Positions 9,420-18,694 of a DNA stretch of 28,698 nt are shown here, in pieces. Each line of letters starts with the position of its first letter. Within the stretch, counting starts at the first letter, position 1. Origin of the DNA: a virus (taxonomy: Duplodnaviria; Caudoviricetes). Under the pieces are notes generated by a model. That model did no database searches, had not been told where the DNA came from, and saw only the letters and a program-made list of their open reading frames with translations. A program made the position numbers and the translations under genes. Location of the stretch: positions 1 through 28,698 of the IMG/VR virus record IMGVR_UViG_3300044629_000793; one strand, given 5' to 3'.

Positions 9420-9917
9420 TTAGAGCTTGTAGCAAACTTCTAGGGCTTTCTGCTGTGACAAGAACTTCGAGTGCTCCATCACAAGGTTAAAGAGTGTTGG
9501 CATTAGCCCAGCTTTACTCATCGTCAAGAACTGAGGAGAGGCAGATGGGTACAGCAAGCAAAGCATGACAACCTTCTCATGCATCATTTCTTCAACTAGA
9601 GCGGGATCTTCTCTTGCTGTTGGACCTTCGGAGAACATCCTGATTTCCTTAGCAATGTTCTTGTGTTCAATGCGGCGTAATGGTCTTAGCAAATACAGAG
9701 ACGTAGCGTCTGGGACGAATGCATAGACGTCTCCATAAAGCTCCTTCCATCCCTCTACCATTCTGCGTGGTGGGGCGTCGGGGAACTGCTTAGCCATGGC
9801 GTCCAATGGATCGAGGATTTCTTCCTCTTCCTCTACTTCTGGCTCCTTCACTTCTGGCTCGTCTGCTTCTAGAAATTCGCTAACTGCTGCTGTCTTCGGT
9901 GTTACTTTCATTGGCAT
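9420..9917 (-). CDS. Putative tail assembly chaperone (paralogue 1), 165 aa
   Basis: Acidic N-terminus, then EGWKELYGDVY...RPLRRIEH...EKVVMLCLLYP...KAGLMPTLFNLVMEHSKF, a pattern typical of myophage tail chaperones. Lies between tube and tape-measure genes. Confidence 0.6.
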   Translation of the reverse strand: MPMKVTPKTAAVSEFLEADEPEVKEPEVEEEEEILDPLDAMAKQFPDAPPRRMVEGWKELYGDVYAFVPDATSLYLLRPLRRIEHKNIAKEIRMFSEGPTAREDPALVEEMMHEKVVMLCLLYPSASPQFLTMSKAGLMPTLFNLVMEHSKFLSQQKALEVCYKL

Positions 9918-9919
9918 CC

Positions 9920-10600
9920 TTATTCAATTGTCCTTGCTATAAAATTGTCTTTATACATTGGGTTATAGTTGTATGTGAGTTGGCGTTCTTGCTTTGTCTT
10001 TACTAGATGACATGGTTGACATAGCATCTGACAATTTTCTCTAAGACTAGAGCCGCCAATTGCTACTGGAATTATATGATCAAATTCCTTTCTTGTCTCT
10101 ATAAGAGTATCACATCTATTACAATATCCCAGCTGTTCTGAATCTACCTGCCGTGCTGTCACCACTGAGAACCTATATTGTTTACGTCTAGGTCCCTTGA
10201 CTTTGCTCCGGTCTGCTATCCAATTCTGATGCTCAGGACCAAATTTAGTTGGAGGTCCTTGTCCTGGCTCTGACTGGTGTCTCTGAGGTCCTGAGGCAAT
10301 ATTTTTCGCTGTTTCTTGACGGAGGATATCTAAATAGCCCTCTGTTTTATAGAGGCCCAACTGTCGTGCTTTCGATTGGATTTGCCTGTCGGATAGCCCG
10401 AGTTCGCCAGCGAGCATCTTGTCAGATGTTGTTGCGAATTTTGTCGTTAACATTAGAACTCTATCTTCGGGCCATGGTGTAATCTGGATGTGCCAATGTC
10501 GATGATTCCATGAAGTTAAGTTCTTTACAGATACACCCGTTTGTTCAGAAGTTAGTTTATAACTTCTTGTCTTTTCTAAGATCTTCTTAACATCTTCCAT
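9920..10600 (-). CDS. HNH endonuclease with N-terminal HTH/Myb-like DNA-binding region (likely free-standing homing endonuclease), 226 aa
   Basis: CNRC...DHIIPVAIGGSSLRENCQMLCQPCH is a classic Zn-binding HNH motif. WPEDRVLML...MLAGELGLSDRQIQSKARQLGL resembles an HTH. Visibly more AT-rich than its flanks. Confidence 0.88.
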   Translation of the reverse strand: MEDVKKILEKTRSYKLTSEQTGVSVKNLTSWNHRHWHIQITPWPEDRVLMLTTKFATTSDKMLAGELGLSDRQIQSKARQLGLYKTEGYLDILRQETAKNIASGPQRHQSEPGQGPPTKFGPEHQNWIADRSKVKGPRRKQYRFSVVTARQVDSEQLGYCNRCDTLIETRKEFDHIIPVAIGGSSLRENCQMLCQPCHLVKTKQERQLTYNYNPMYKDNFIARTIE

Positions 10601-10626
10601 TATTCAATCGTCCGACATATGAAATT
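9920..10626. repeat. Imperfect 27-nt direct repeat flanking the HNH gene (9920-9946 and 10600-10626)
   Basis: ttattcaattgtccttgctataaaatt vs ttattcaatcgtccgacatatgaaatt (21/27 identical), encoding NFIARTIE* and NFICRTIE*. Confidence 0.8.
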
Positions 10627-11838
10627 ATAGACCTCGCCGACAGGTTCTCCACTAGATATAATCGTTTGTGCCTGTCCTGTCAAGTAGACATTCTTTAGCT
10701 TGCGGACTGTGTGATCTGCTTCCGGATCTGTGTAATCTCCGAAGACTGCGTAGATATCGAATGGAGCCATCAGGTCAAAACGTGTGTTATATCCTTGGGG
10801 AATTCCAGAGAATTGGTTTGATTGACTGAGTTTGTTTATGTTTGCTTCTCTCGCTAATGCCCTGAATTCCTTATTCCCAAGCCCACGTACTTGGTTTATA
10901 GCCTGGTTACTTAGATATGAACCAGGGGTGAGAATGCTCGTGGGGCTTGTGGAGACCTGAAGTATTGAGTTTGGTGCGCTTCTGCGCTCCTCGCTGACCC
11001 ACTTGCGCTGTGAGCGTCTCCCGATTGCATTTACCCCAAACTTCTTCTCTAGCATTGCAGCAGCAATGATTGCCAAATAACCTGCCTCAACAAAGTTGAT
11101 TACGAAATTCCCCTGCACCAAGAGGTTGCCGCTGGCCACTGTGTCGAATAGCTCGGAGGCGTATCCATAGATTGGCATCTTATTAGTTGCTGTTGAATAT
11201 TGGATCTGGACGATTTCGTCTATCAACACATCATCAAAGTATATCTGAGCCTGTGTCCCACTGTAATATTGAGGGATATATTTACTTGCAGTCTTGGCTG
11301 CGTTTCTCCGCTTTTCTGCTTCGAGCTCGGCCTTGCGCCTTTCTTCTTGCTCGAGCATCAGTGTTCTAAGCCCGCCAGAATTCCATAATGCTTGTGCAGG
11401 GTCTGAGATGGCCCTGACCTGAGCTAGGGTAATATCATCAACTGCTGGATTTGTTGGCGGCCCTAGTCCTGCAAGTGCAGCGTCAAGGTCTTGAACTTCT
11501 TCAGCTTTTGGGCGACGGGGGTCATCTCGGCTTACTGTTTTTGCTGGAGGGGCAGGTGGCTGCTGGGACTGTTGCTCCGATGGAATACGAGTAGCCGCTT
11601 GTCTATTTACAGTACCGCCGCCAGATTGATTCCCGTAATTCTGCTGCACCCATCTATCATCCGCCAACGCCTGCTCTGTAGTCGTATTGATAGTGAACCC
11701 ATTTGTGACGTTACGACTAAATACCCGTCCGCTTGGCAGTTGAGTACCCTCGGGGACTCTAGACCATGCGTCGGAGTTCCTCTGCATCGTATCGCTATCC
11801 CCTGAAATTCTATCTCTAGTTGCTTGATCTAATGCCAT
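10600..11838 (-). CDS. Tail tube-like / baseplate tube-initiator protein with long N-terminal extension, 412 aa
   Basis: C-terminal half aligns by eye with the tube protein: YYSGTQAQIYF / IQYSTATNKMPIYGY / VQGNFVINF / DLMAPFDI / GEPVGEVYNFICR. Confidence 0.65.
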   Translation of the reverse strand: MALDQATRDRISGDSDTMQRNSDAWSRVPEGTQLPSGRVFSRNVTNGFTINTTTEQALADDRWVQQNYGNQSGGGTVNRQAATRIPSEQQSQQPPAPPAKTVSRDDPRRPKAEEVQDLDAALAGLGPPTNPAVDDITLAQVRAISDPAQALWNSGGLRTLMLEQEERRKAELEAEKRRNAAKTASKYIPQYYSGTQAQIYFDDVLIDEIVQIQYSTATNKMPIYGYASELFDTVASGNLLVQGNFVINFVEAGYLAIIAAAMLEKKFGVNAIGRRSQRKWVSEERRSAPNSILQVSTSPTSILTPGSYLSNQAINQVRGLGNKEFRALAREANINKLSQSNQFSGIPQGYNTRFDLMAPFDIYAVFGDYTDPEADHTVRKLKNVYLTGQAQTIISSGEPVGEVYNFICRTIE

Positions 11839-11843
11839 TTATC

Positions 11844-12506
11844 TTACCTATATGGATTACGTGTTTTGCGGATTAGCTCTTGCATTGCTGGAGAGGCTTC
11901 TCGGTTCATTAATGATGTGAAGTTTTCAACAGGTTCGGAAGGTTGTGATAGCGGAGAAGTATACCCACCTGGACGCATTAAGGCCATATGAGTTGCTGTA
12001 TACTGTACTGTGTTTTCCGTGATAAGGTCTTCTACTGACATGACCTGACCTTCAGCAGAAATTTCCACTCCGAAGATTACTAACTCGGAGGCATACCCAT
12101 ATTCATTAGCAAAATGGATAACGATGTCGAACTGAGGCAATTGGTCTACCATTACATACGATAGGTCCGCCAGGCTTGTGGGAGTTACGGCATTTGAATT
12201 CACATCCCCTGGATTTCTTCTAAGCAAATCAAAAAGAACGTGTCTATCGAATACAGTAAAGACCATCGAACCAGCGATGGTACGAGTGCCACGAGTACGA
12301 CCCTTTTCCCCGACGTGGCCGAGGGCACGCACAGGGTACTTTTCACGGAAGATGCTATATGAGATTGTCTGTAGGTTTCCTAAGACTTTGAAAATGGGAT
12401 CCTGCCCATTTGCCGCTGGCATAGATATCATAGCGCGGATATCTGTACCCGCGTATGAGTTGTATGACTGTGAGAAGATGCTCTCTTTATAGGTTAGGTC
12501 GGCCAT
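11844..12506 (-). CDS. Tail tube paralogue (minor tube / tube initiator), 220 aa
   Basis: YNSYAGTDIRA / LQTISYSIFREKYPV / RTIAGSMVFTVFDRHVL / DQLPQFDI closely match 12596..13240. GGAGA SD. Confidence 0.75.
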   Translation of the reverse strand: MADLTYKESIFSQSYNSYAGTDIRAMISMPAANGQDPIFKVLGNLQTISYSIFREKYPVRALGHVGEKGRTRGTRTIAGSMVFTVFDRHVLFDLLRRNPGDVNSNAVTPTSLADLSYVMVDQLPQFDIVIHFANEYGYASELVIFGVEISAEGQVMSVEDLITENTVQYTATHMALMRPGGYTSPLSQPSEPVENFTSLMNREASPAMQELIRKTRNPYR

Positions 12507-12515
12507 TGAATCTCC

Positions 12516-12558
12516 AGAAAAGAAAAAGGGGAGCTCCCGTCAGGAAACTCCCCTTTTC
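12516..12558 (-). terminator. Rho-independent terminator after the major tail tube gene
   Basis: Minus strand AAAAGGGGAGTTTCC-TGAC-GGGAGCTCCCCTTTT followed by TCTTTTCT. Confidence 0.85.
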
Positions 12559-12595
12559 AATTACAGAAGATCCTTTTATATGTCAAACAGTTTGT

Positions 12596-13240
12596 TTAGA
12601 CACTGTTTGGATCTACGAAGGCCTGCTTCGCTGTACGCCATGGGTCGATTGTACGACAGACGAATGTCATCTGGTGCTCGAGGACGATGTCATCGATAGA
12701 AACACCCGAACCTTCGTTCAGAATTTCTACACCGTAGATACGCATTGTTGCTGCCGCACCATACTCATTGGCTGCTGCAAGTGTAATATCGAATGGTGGA
12801 ATTTGGTCTGAGAACCAAGGCTTAACCGCAGTCTGATCGTCACGAGGACTTGAACCGAAGTTTGTCTCTGCTTGGAAGGCAGTTGCACTTGGGCTGTTCC
12901 CCGAGTTTGGGTCAAGGGCGGAAATGGTGCCATCGTCTAGGCCGTCTGGTCGCAAGCTATCCTTATCGGCCCAGAACTTAGCCGACTCCATTTCATGGAG
13001 AAGGGCATGTCTGTCGAACTGGATGAATACTAGCGAGCCAGCGATACCACGCTTTCCCCTAGCGAATGCTCGAGGATCAGGGTCACCCATCGTATAGATT
13101 GGGGCCTTCTCACGGGTTACGCTCCAGGAGATACCCTGGAGCGTTCCGATTACTTTGTTGCCGAATACAGCACGAATATCAACACCGCCGAAGCTATTGT
13201 ATGATCTGATAAACTGGCTGCTGAGTTGCGGATTTGCCAT
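12596..13240 (-). CDS. Major tail tube protein, 214 aa
   Basis: Directly follows the sheath gene with AAGGAG SD and is followed by a terminator. IGTLQGISWSVTREKAPIYTMG.PDPRAFARGKRGIAGSLVF is a tube-like motif. Confidence 0.8.
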   Translation of the reverse strand: MANPQLSSQFIRSYNSFGGVDIRAVFGNKVIGTLQGISWSVTREKAPIYTMGDPDPRAFARGKRGIAGSLVFIQFDRHALLHEMESAKFWADKDSLRPDGLDDGTISALDPNSGNSPSATAFQAETNFGSSPRDDQTAVKPWFSDQIPPFDITLAAANEYGAAATMRIYGVEILNEGSGVSIDDIVLEHQMTFVCRTIDPWRTAKQAFVDPNSV

Positions 13241-13252
13241 TGACTAAACTCC

Positions 13253-15742
13253 TTACTGAGCTAGAGCAACGTCTACAGTGATCTTACGTAGTTCGTTGAT
13301 GACCTGTAACGTTAGGGTTAACTTTGCAGTGCCACGAATCTTGTCTAGCGCAGTCTGCGTCAGAGCTAGATTGAATGCCTCTAGGGCACCACCAGAAGCT
13401 CTCTGCAGATCCGATAGGCCCTTCTTGAGGGCTGTCTCGAGACCGGCCTTCTTGATCCCACTAAGTGGGTCACCAAGGAACGGACGAGACACATCGCGGC
13501 AGATCTTAACCGCTTCAGAAACCAATCTCACTGTCATGTTACGTGTGAAGTCAGAAGTTGGCAGGGCAGAAGACGGTGCGTCTACTACAATTACGCCTTC
13601 TGGACGCTGGTCGAACACAACATAACGTGCTTTTGCCAAAGAATCCTGATGACGCTTTGCGAGCTTCATTGGGAGTCTGATTCCACGGCCACCGATGAAC
13701 TTAGCTGTAGCGCCTCTCCACGATGGGAGTCCAGCGAGCAAACCAGCATAAAGAGCAGCGCCAGAGTTGATATAGCCTAGTCCTGAAGTATCAGCATCAT
13801 TGCTCAAAATCGGCCATGAAGCTACTGTGCTCAAGAACTTACCCATATCAATCTCGAAGTCGTTACCGTCGAGCAAAATCTCATCATCATCAAGATCTCC
13901 AGTCTCAGTTGCCTTGTAGCCTGGGTCGAACTGTGAGTTGTCCTCCATCAAGAGGCCAGCCACGAACTTGTTACCAAGCAGACCGGTTCCGTTTACACTG
14001 ACATCTCCCTCAATGAAGGCTGGAGATTTACCAATCCACTGAGCCATTGCAGCAGCACTGAAATGGTTTGTAGGAGGACGAACACCGATGACACCATTGA
14101 TGGCGACTTCGTTCTCTGTCATCTCTTGGCAGAACTGAGCGAGACGGTAAGCGAAGTTGACTTCGTGATAGGTATAGCCATCTTCGTCAGTTGCTTCTGG
14201 GTACCACATGTGGCGAAGCTTGCCGTCAACCTCTACCGAACGATGGTAAAAGAGCTGATCTGTTTGGTATACAGCCATTGTTGGGCTTGCTGCAGCGACC
14301 ACAAGGCCATTGTCATCAACAGAGAAGCTTACGTCACGGTCGAAGAAGAGTCTTAAAACTGTGTCGTCATCTGCATCTTCTTCCCAAGAAAGAACACGAG
14401 CCGTACGAACCAGTTCTCCCTCAGTAAGGTTATCGCCGAAGGCAGAACCTTGAGCCGTAGTGAATACTGCCCAGAATGCGCCACGTCCACCTGTTGCAAG
14501 AGCAGTGACTGCTGTAGTGCGAGCACCAGCATCGTCAAAGGTCACGTCAACGCGATCTGCGAAACCCGCGATAGTGTTTACTTCGGTGACATCTGCCAAT
14601 GCCTCATCTGGAAGTGCTGTTGCACCGGTGGTTCTGCCATCAAGAGCAGGGTCGTCAGCATACACACCTGGCATTACGATTACCGAAAAATCTGTAGCTT
14701 CCAAAGCCATGAAAGCATCTTCCATCGCTTCGTACATATTCATCTTGGCAGGAGATACTTCGTCAACTGCAAGAGCGCCAACAGAGCTTGTTACGTCAAC
14801 CGTCCAACCTTCGTCATTGGCGACCTTTGGCAGACCGTTAAAGTCGGAGCCTGGGGTGACCAATAGCGGCTGTACGTTCGTTCCGTTATTCGCATAAATT
14901 CTATTAGTAAGGATCTTGTCTGCACGGATAGGCTTTACAGTCGAGATAAAGCGAACTTCGTGATCTGCTGCTTCTGCGAAGTTGCCTGCGTTTACCGTAA
15001 TCGCACTTGCAAGTGTGACTGTCTTCTGTGTTGCGTCGAAAGATTCGACTGCACGCTCTGCGATTACAGCACCATTAGACTTACGGAGCTGGACAACATA
15101 AGCATTCGTTGCAGATAGTGGCTGCAAGAGAGCAAGCCTAGTTGCGGCATCTGTCAGAGTTATGACTGTTGGGGCGCCATCATCGGTTGTGAAGATCTGG
15201 GCTGCTTCATCAGCGAGAACCTTGACCTGCAAACCAATGGAGCCAAAAGCATTATCGAGCGCCTTTTCTCCAGTGACAGTTACGACACCTAGGTCGACAG
15301 GAGCATCTGGATCGTTAGAATAAACGAGCTGGCCTGAAGCTGCATCGAAAACCTTTAGAAGATCGAGAGCGTTGTCGTAGAGAACGCTGATCTTGCTCAG
15401 AGCATCCGAACCTTCTGCAGCTGTTTCAACTGTGTAGCCTGCTGCTCCGGTCACATCTCCAATGTGCTCGATCTTACCCTTCGTAGCGAGAACACGGAAC
15501 GCCAGAGCGTTATCGCCTCCCCCTTGGAAGACCTCAACAAGGCCACGACCGAGGGTGCCGCTTAGCCCGAATCTTGATAGAGCAGAGCTTCCGGAAGCAA
15601 CTCTCGTCTCGCTCTTAGAAGGACCCTTCTTTGCTGTGCCAAGTACGACAACAGTAGGGCCTGCTGGCGGAGCTTCTGGACGAAGGCTACCGTCGCGGAT
15701 ACCTACTACGATACCTGGAATATTTGGGAACTTGTCTGCCAT
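13253..15742 (-). CDS. Contractile tail sheath protein, 829 aa
   Basis: N-terminal IPGIVVGIRDG...VVVLGTAKKGP and C-terminal TVRLVSEAVKICRDVSRPFLGDP...LQVINELRKITVDV are sheath signatures. AAGGAG SD. Confidence 0.9.
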   Translation of the reverse strand: MADKFPNIPGIVVGIRDGSLRPEAPPAGPTVVVLGTAKKGPSKSETRVASGSSALSRFGLSGTLGRGLVEVFQGGGDNALAFRVLATKGKIEHIGDVTGAAGYTVETAAEGSDALSKISVLYDNALDLLKVFDAASGQLVYSNDPDAPVDLGVVTVTGEKALDNAFGSIGLQVKVLADEAAQIFTTDDGAPTVITLTDAATRLALLQPLSATNAYVVQLRKSNGAVIAERAVESFDATQKTVTLASAITVNAGNFAEAADHEVRFISTVKPIRADKILTNRIYANNGTNVQPLLVTPGSDFNGLPKVANDEGWTVDVTSSVGALAVDEVSPAKMNMYEAMEDAFMALEATDFSVIVMPGVYADDPALDGRTTGATALPDEALADVTEVNTIAGFADRVDVTFDDAGARTTAVTALATGGRGAFWAVFTTAQGSAFGDNLTEGELVRTARVLSWEEDADDDTVLRLFFDRDVSFSVDDNGLVVAAASPTMAVYQTDQLFYHRSVEVDGKLRHMWYPEATDEDGYTYHEVNFAYRLAQFCQEMTENEVAINGVIGVRPPTNHFSAAAMAQWIGKSPAFIEGDVSVNGTGLLGNKFVAGLLMEDNSQFDPGYKATETGDLDDDEILLDGNDFEIDMGKFLSTVASWPILSNDADTSGLGYINSGAALYAGLLAGLPSWRGATAKFIGGRGIRLPMKLAKRHQDSLAKARYVVFDQRPEGVIVVDAPSSALPTSDFTRNMTVRLVSEAVKICRDVSRPFLGDPLSGIKKAGLETALKKGLSDLQRASGGALEAFNLALTQTALDKIRGTAKLTLTLQVINELRKITVDVALAQ

Positions 15743-15754
15743 TAGTAGTACTCC

Positions 15755-16441
15755 TTAACTAAGGGAACTTGCAACGATTAAGCTGCGAAGCGTGTGTTCA
15801 CGAACAACTGTTACTTTTTCCGTGTGGACATAATATATCAGGGGGCGGATGACAATCTTCTTATTTTCGGGGGTGATCACTGCATCAGCGCCACGCCCTT
15901 CGTATCTGATATGATTTACGCCATTCGCTTCGAAGAACCATGTCCATGAATCTATAAAATCTTCGAACCAAAGGGCCCGTTGATTTGCGGTTTTGTTATT
16001 CTGGGCGATGATATCAAATTCAACTCTGTTGTCGAACCATTGCCCGAATGTGTAGATGTTAGAACCTGGATGATCTGGATCTATGATTGATTCTCTTAAC
16101 ATCTTTCGCCTTTGACGAATATTTCCTTCATTCATCGCGGCTCCGACTGTTTTTCTTTCATAGGTGCCAGGCAATCTACTTACTACACTATAAGTGATGA
16201 CTTCACCATTGATATTATCATCTTTTTCGGGGAATTCTTCTGTGTAAAAGATTTCCTTCTTGGCGCCATCAATTTCTTGCTGACGCTTCAAAGCTTGCCC
16301 TACTAATCTAAAGAACCCATCTATATCAGTTGCAGGAAGTGGAGAGCGTAATCTAGGACTACGTGCCTCTTCTGCAGCCTGACTGGTTAGTTGGGCTAGA
16401 TAATTATCAATTGATGCTTCAAGGATCTGTTTATTTTCCAA
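15755..16441 (-). CDS. Putative tail completion/terminator protein, 228 aa (TTG start)
   Basis: Position immediately upstream of the sheath; beta-rich C-terminal half (GQWFDNRVEFDIIAQNNKTAN...WFEDF). Call rests mainly on gene order. Confidence 0.5.
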   Translation of the reverse strand: MENKQILEASIDNYLAQLTSQAAEEARSPRLRSPLPATDIDGFFRLVGQALKRQQEIDGAKKEIFYTEEFPEKDDNINGEVITYSVVSRLPGTYERKTVGAAMNEGNIRQRRKMLRESIIDPDHPGSNIYTFGQWFDNRVEFDIIAQNNKTANQRALWFEDFIDSWTWFFEANGVNHIRYEGRGADAVITPENKKIVIRPLIYYVHTEKVTVVREHTLRSLIVASSLS

Positions 16442-16488
16442 TGTTTTACCAATAACTATTTGAGTAGGTTAATGTACCGTATTCAGAG

Positions 16489-17037
16489 TTACTCTGAGAA
16501 ACAGCTTAATCGCCAGTATTCCGTTCTGCCATGATCTCCTCGGAAACGTTCTGCCATATGGATATTATGCGACTGTAGAATTTCCACTGGAGTTACAATC
16601 TTCCCCTCAAGATCAATTGTGGGTTCAAGAACTTTATCATAGTGTGAGACAGGATCAAAATACTCAATGTAGAAGAATGACATTGAGATCGTATGCTTTC
16701 CCCATTGCTTATACTTCTCGACGTCTTGATACTCGAATCTATTTGTCTTGTAGCCCGGGACGATGATGTCCTTGAATAAGTACCCCTCTCCATCGCACTT
16801 GTCACACCTATAATCAATTTCAGGTTCATTCTCTGGGGTATCTTTGCATTCACATGCAATCAGATCTGTTTCTGAATTTGGATAGACAATTCCGGATCTT
16901 GTATCCATCTTGCGTAAGATGAATAGGCCGCCCTTACCTAGTTCATCAGAAGCTCCAAACATAAATTTGTTGAGCTCTTTTCTGAGGTCCAGTTCTAAGC
17001 GGCCTGCTGTGTTGCTGAAGGGGCGAAAGGATCTCAT
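16489..17037 (-). CDS. Putative neck / head-closure protein with Zn-binding motif, 182 aa
   Basis: CEC...CDKCDGEGY motif; located in the neck region; TAATG overlap at 17037. Confidence 0.55.
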   Translation of the reverse strand: MRSFRPFSNTAGRLELDLRKELNKFMFGASDELGKGGLFILRKMDTRSGIVYPNSETDLIACECKDTPENEPEIDYRCDKCDGEGYLFKDIIVPGYKTNRFEYQDVEKYKQWGKHTISMSFFYIEYFDPVSHYDKVLEPTIDLEGKIVTPVEILQSHNIHMAERFRGDHGRTEYWRLSCFSE

Positions 17038-17729
17038 TAGTATCTGTCCCTGAAATTCTTCTTACTACGTCTCTGAGCGGCTCCATCGGAGCTTCTAGCA
17101 TATACTCCTCTTGAGTTCGCAGCGGGGATAACTTGTCCTGTGTAGTTTTCGGGGCGAGCCCATAGGCGTCCAAAATCAGGGGTGTCAGGGTTGTTAATCC
17201 CCTTCACTGCCACATCCAGAGTGCGCCCATAGAAACCCCCATCTTGTAGTATGTCTGTGAGCTGGCGGAGCTCTTCGAGCTGCCCCTTATACAGGTCCTG
17301 AGCTGCCTTGTCTCTTTTGACCATGAAATCGCCTAGTCTCTTTTGCATCATTGCATTAATAGAGCTACCAGACAAAAGACTAACTATAACTGAAGCTGTA
17401 ACCCATCTGCTTCTGTAGCTGGCATATGTCGTCGGATTGATAGCTGCTACGTCTGGACAGAAGTTCATTAGATCTGCTTGACGAGAGAAATATTGTACTA
17501 GCTGATTGACTGTATCGTCTGGAACGTCAGTGAGGAACTCTCCAGCAATTAAACGTACACGCATGACATTAGAATAGAATGGCGAGAATGCTGTAGTGAA
17601 ATGAGTTGTTACAGCACCATTGAGAGCCGAGCCGTCTAGGGCTCTGATTCCAGATACTGTCACAAAAATGATTCTATTGCCTACTGGTCTGCTGGGGGCG
17701 ATTGTAGCTTCTAGTGAAAAATTAATCAT
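17037..17729 (-). CDS. Putative head-tail adaptor/neck protein, 230 aa
   Basis: Helical core (VRLIAGEFLTDVPDDTVNQLVQYFSRQAD) and KRLGDFMVK hairpin resemble gp6/gp15-type adaptors; precedes the closure and terminator genes. Confidence 0.5.
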   Translation of the reverse strand: MINFSLEATIAPSRPVGNRIIFVTVSGIRALDGSALNGAVTTHFTTAFSPFYSNVMRVRLIAGEFLTDVPDDTVNQLVQYFSRQADLMNFCPDVAAINPTTYASYRSRWVTASVIVSLLSGSSINAMMQKRLGDFMVKRDKAAQDLYKGQLEELRQLTDILQDGGFYGRTLDVAVKGINNPDTPDFGRLWARPENYTGQVIPAANSRGVYARSSDGAAQRRSKKNFRDRY

Positions 17730-18120
17730 CTTCGTCTCCCCATGCTTCTCTTGAGAATTTCGAATTGTCCGTTAAGACGACGATGTCAGGAAAAGCGAAA
17801 CAGTGGTGCTCTGTGTCCGCCCTATAGGTGAATGCCGGAATAATACGTTTAGTCCCTGTCGTAAGATTAACCTCAACTCTTCTAAAGACCCTAGACAACT
17901 TACAAGGCTCTAATCTTATTGAGTGAATAACTGATTGGAATTGTCTTTCCTCTTCCTCGAATAAAGAGAAGTGATCGACATCAATTAATGTTGCAGCAAC
18001 CAAGTGGCAATCAGCAAGACCCTTGAGGAACGCCATATCCGGATGATCTTCTTCTATAGTTACCTCATCTAGTGGCTGGACCCTGAAAGTAAAATGCCAC
18101 CTGAACCTATCCTTAGTCAT
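17722..18120 (-). CDS. Hypothetical protein, 132 aa
   Basis: ORF tiling the operon (TAAATG junction upstream, 8-nt overlap downstream). Confidence 0.7.
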   Translation of the reverse strand: MTKDRFRWHFTFRVQPLDEVTIEEDHPDMAFLKGLADCHLVAATLIDVDHFSLFEEEERQFQSVIHSIRLEPCKLSRVFRRVEVNLTTGTKRIIPAFTYRADTEHHCFAFPDIVVLTDNSKFSREAWGDEDD

Positions 18121-18690
18121 TTATTCCTCGTCGTACCGAACGATAACTTGATAGCTTCTTGTAGAACCAGTTGTCGCACTTGGCAATACTTCCATCTGAA
18201 GGGCAAGGTAACTACCGACACCTGCCTCTACAATATCCCCATCAGCTTGATTCTCAGAGAACGGTCCAGCTCCTAAGGAAATAGGATCTGTAGAAGTTGC
18301 TAGGAATAGATTTGTTTTTGGTTGTGGAAGGGCATTGGCACTGCTATAGCCTCCAATCCTTGGAGCATGAGGATCTGCTTCTGCATCTCCATTAGCATCA
18401 CAATACGTATCGAATGTAGCTGCCCAGACCGAGATTCCTGTGTTGGGAGTGCCTGTTGTGAATACTTCGATATTTGAGACTGAAGCAGAATCTCCTAGGT
18501 CAGAAATATAACATCTCAGCCACTTTTCATAAGACCTATAGACACCTGCATTTGGTTTCACCAATGGGTTATCGGTACTGACAATTGCGTCATCTGCAGA
18601 CTTAAACTTCACAGTGGATCCAGCTTTTGAAGTTGCTGATTGGGCTCCAACAGAACCATTCCACTCATTGATAATTATTGTAGCGGCCAT
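18121..18690 (-). CDS. Putative virion structural beta-sandwich protein, 189 aa
   Basis: Ser/Thr/Gly/Ala-rich, beta-strand pattern, inside the structural operon. Confidence 0.55.
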   Translation of the reverse strand: MAATIIINEWNGSVGAQSATSKAGSTVKFKSADDAIVSTDNPLVKPNAGVYRSYEKWLRCYISDLGDSASVSNIEVFTTGTPNTGISVWAATFDTYCDANGDAEADPHAPRIGGYSSANALPQPKTNLFLATSTDPISLGAGPFSENQADGDIVEAGVGSYLALQMEVLPSATTGSTRSYQVIVRYDEE

Positions 18691-18694
18691 CTAT

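Noticed and set aside
9920-10600. HNH as group I intron ORF, intein or terminase-associated HNH
   Set aside because: It abuts both neighbours with no room for intron RNA, has no intein motifs and is not beside packaging genes in this window.
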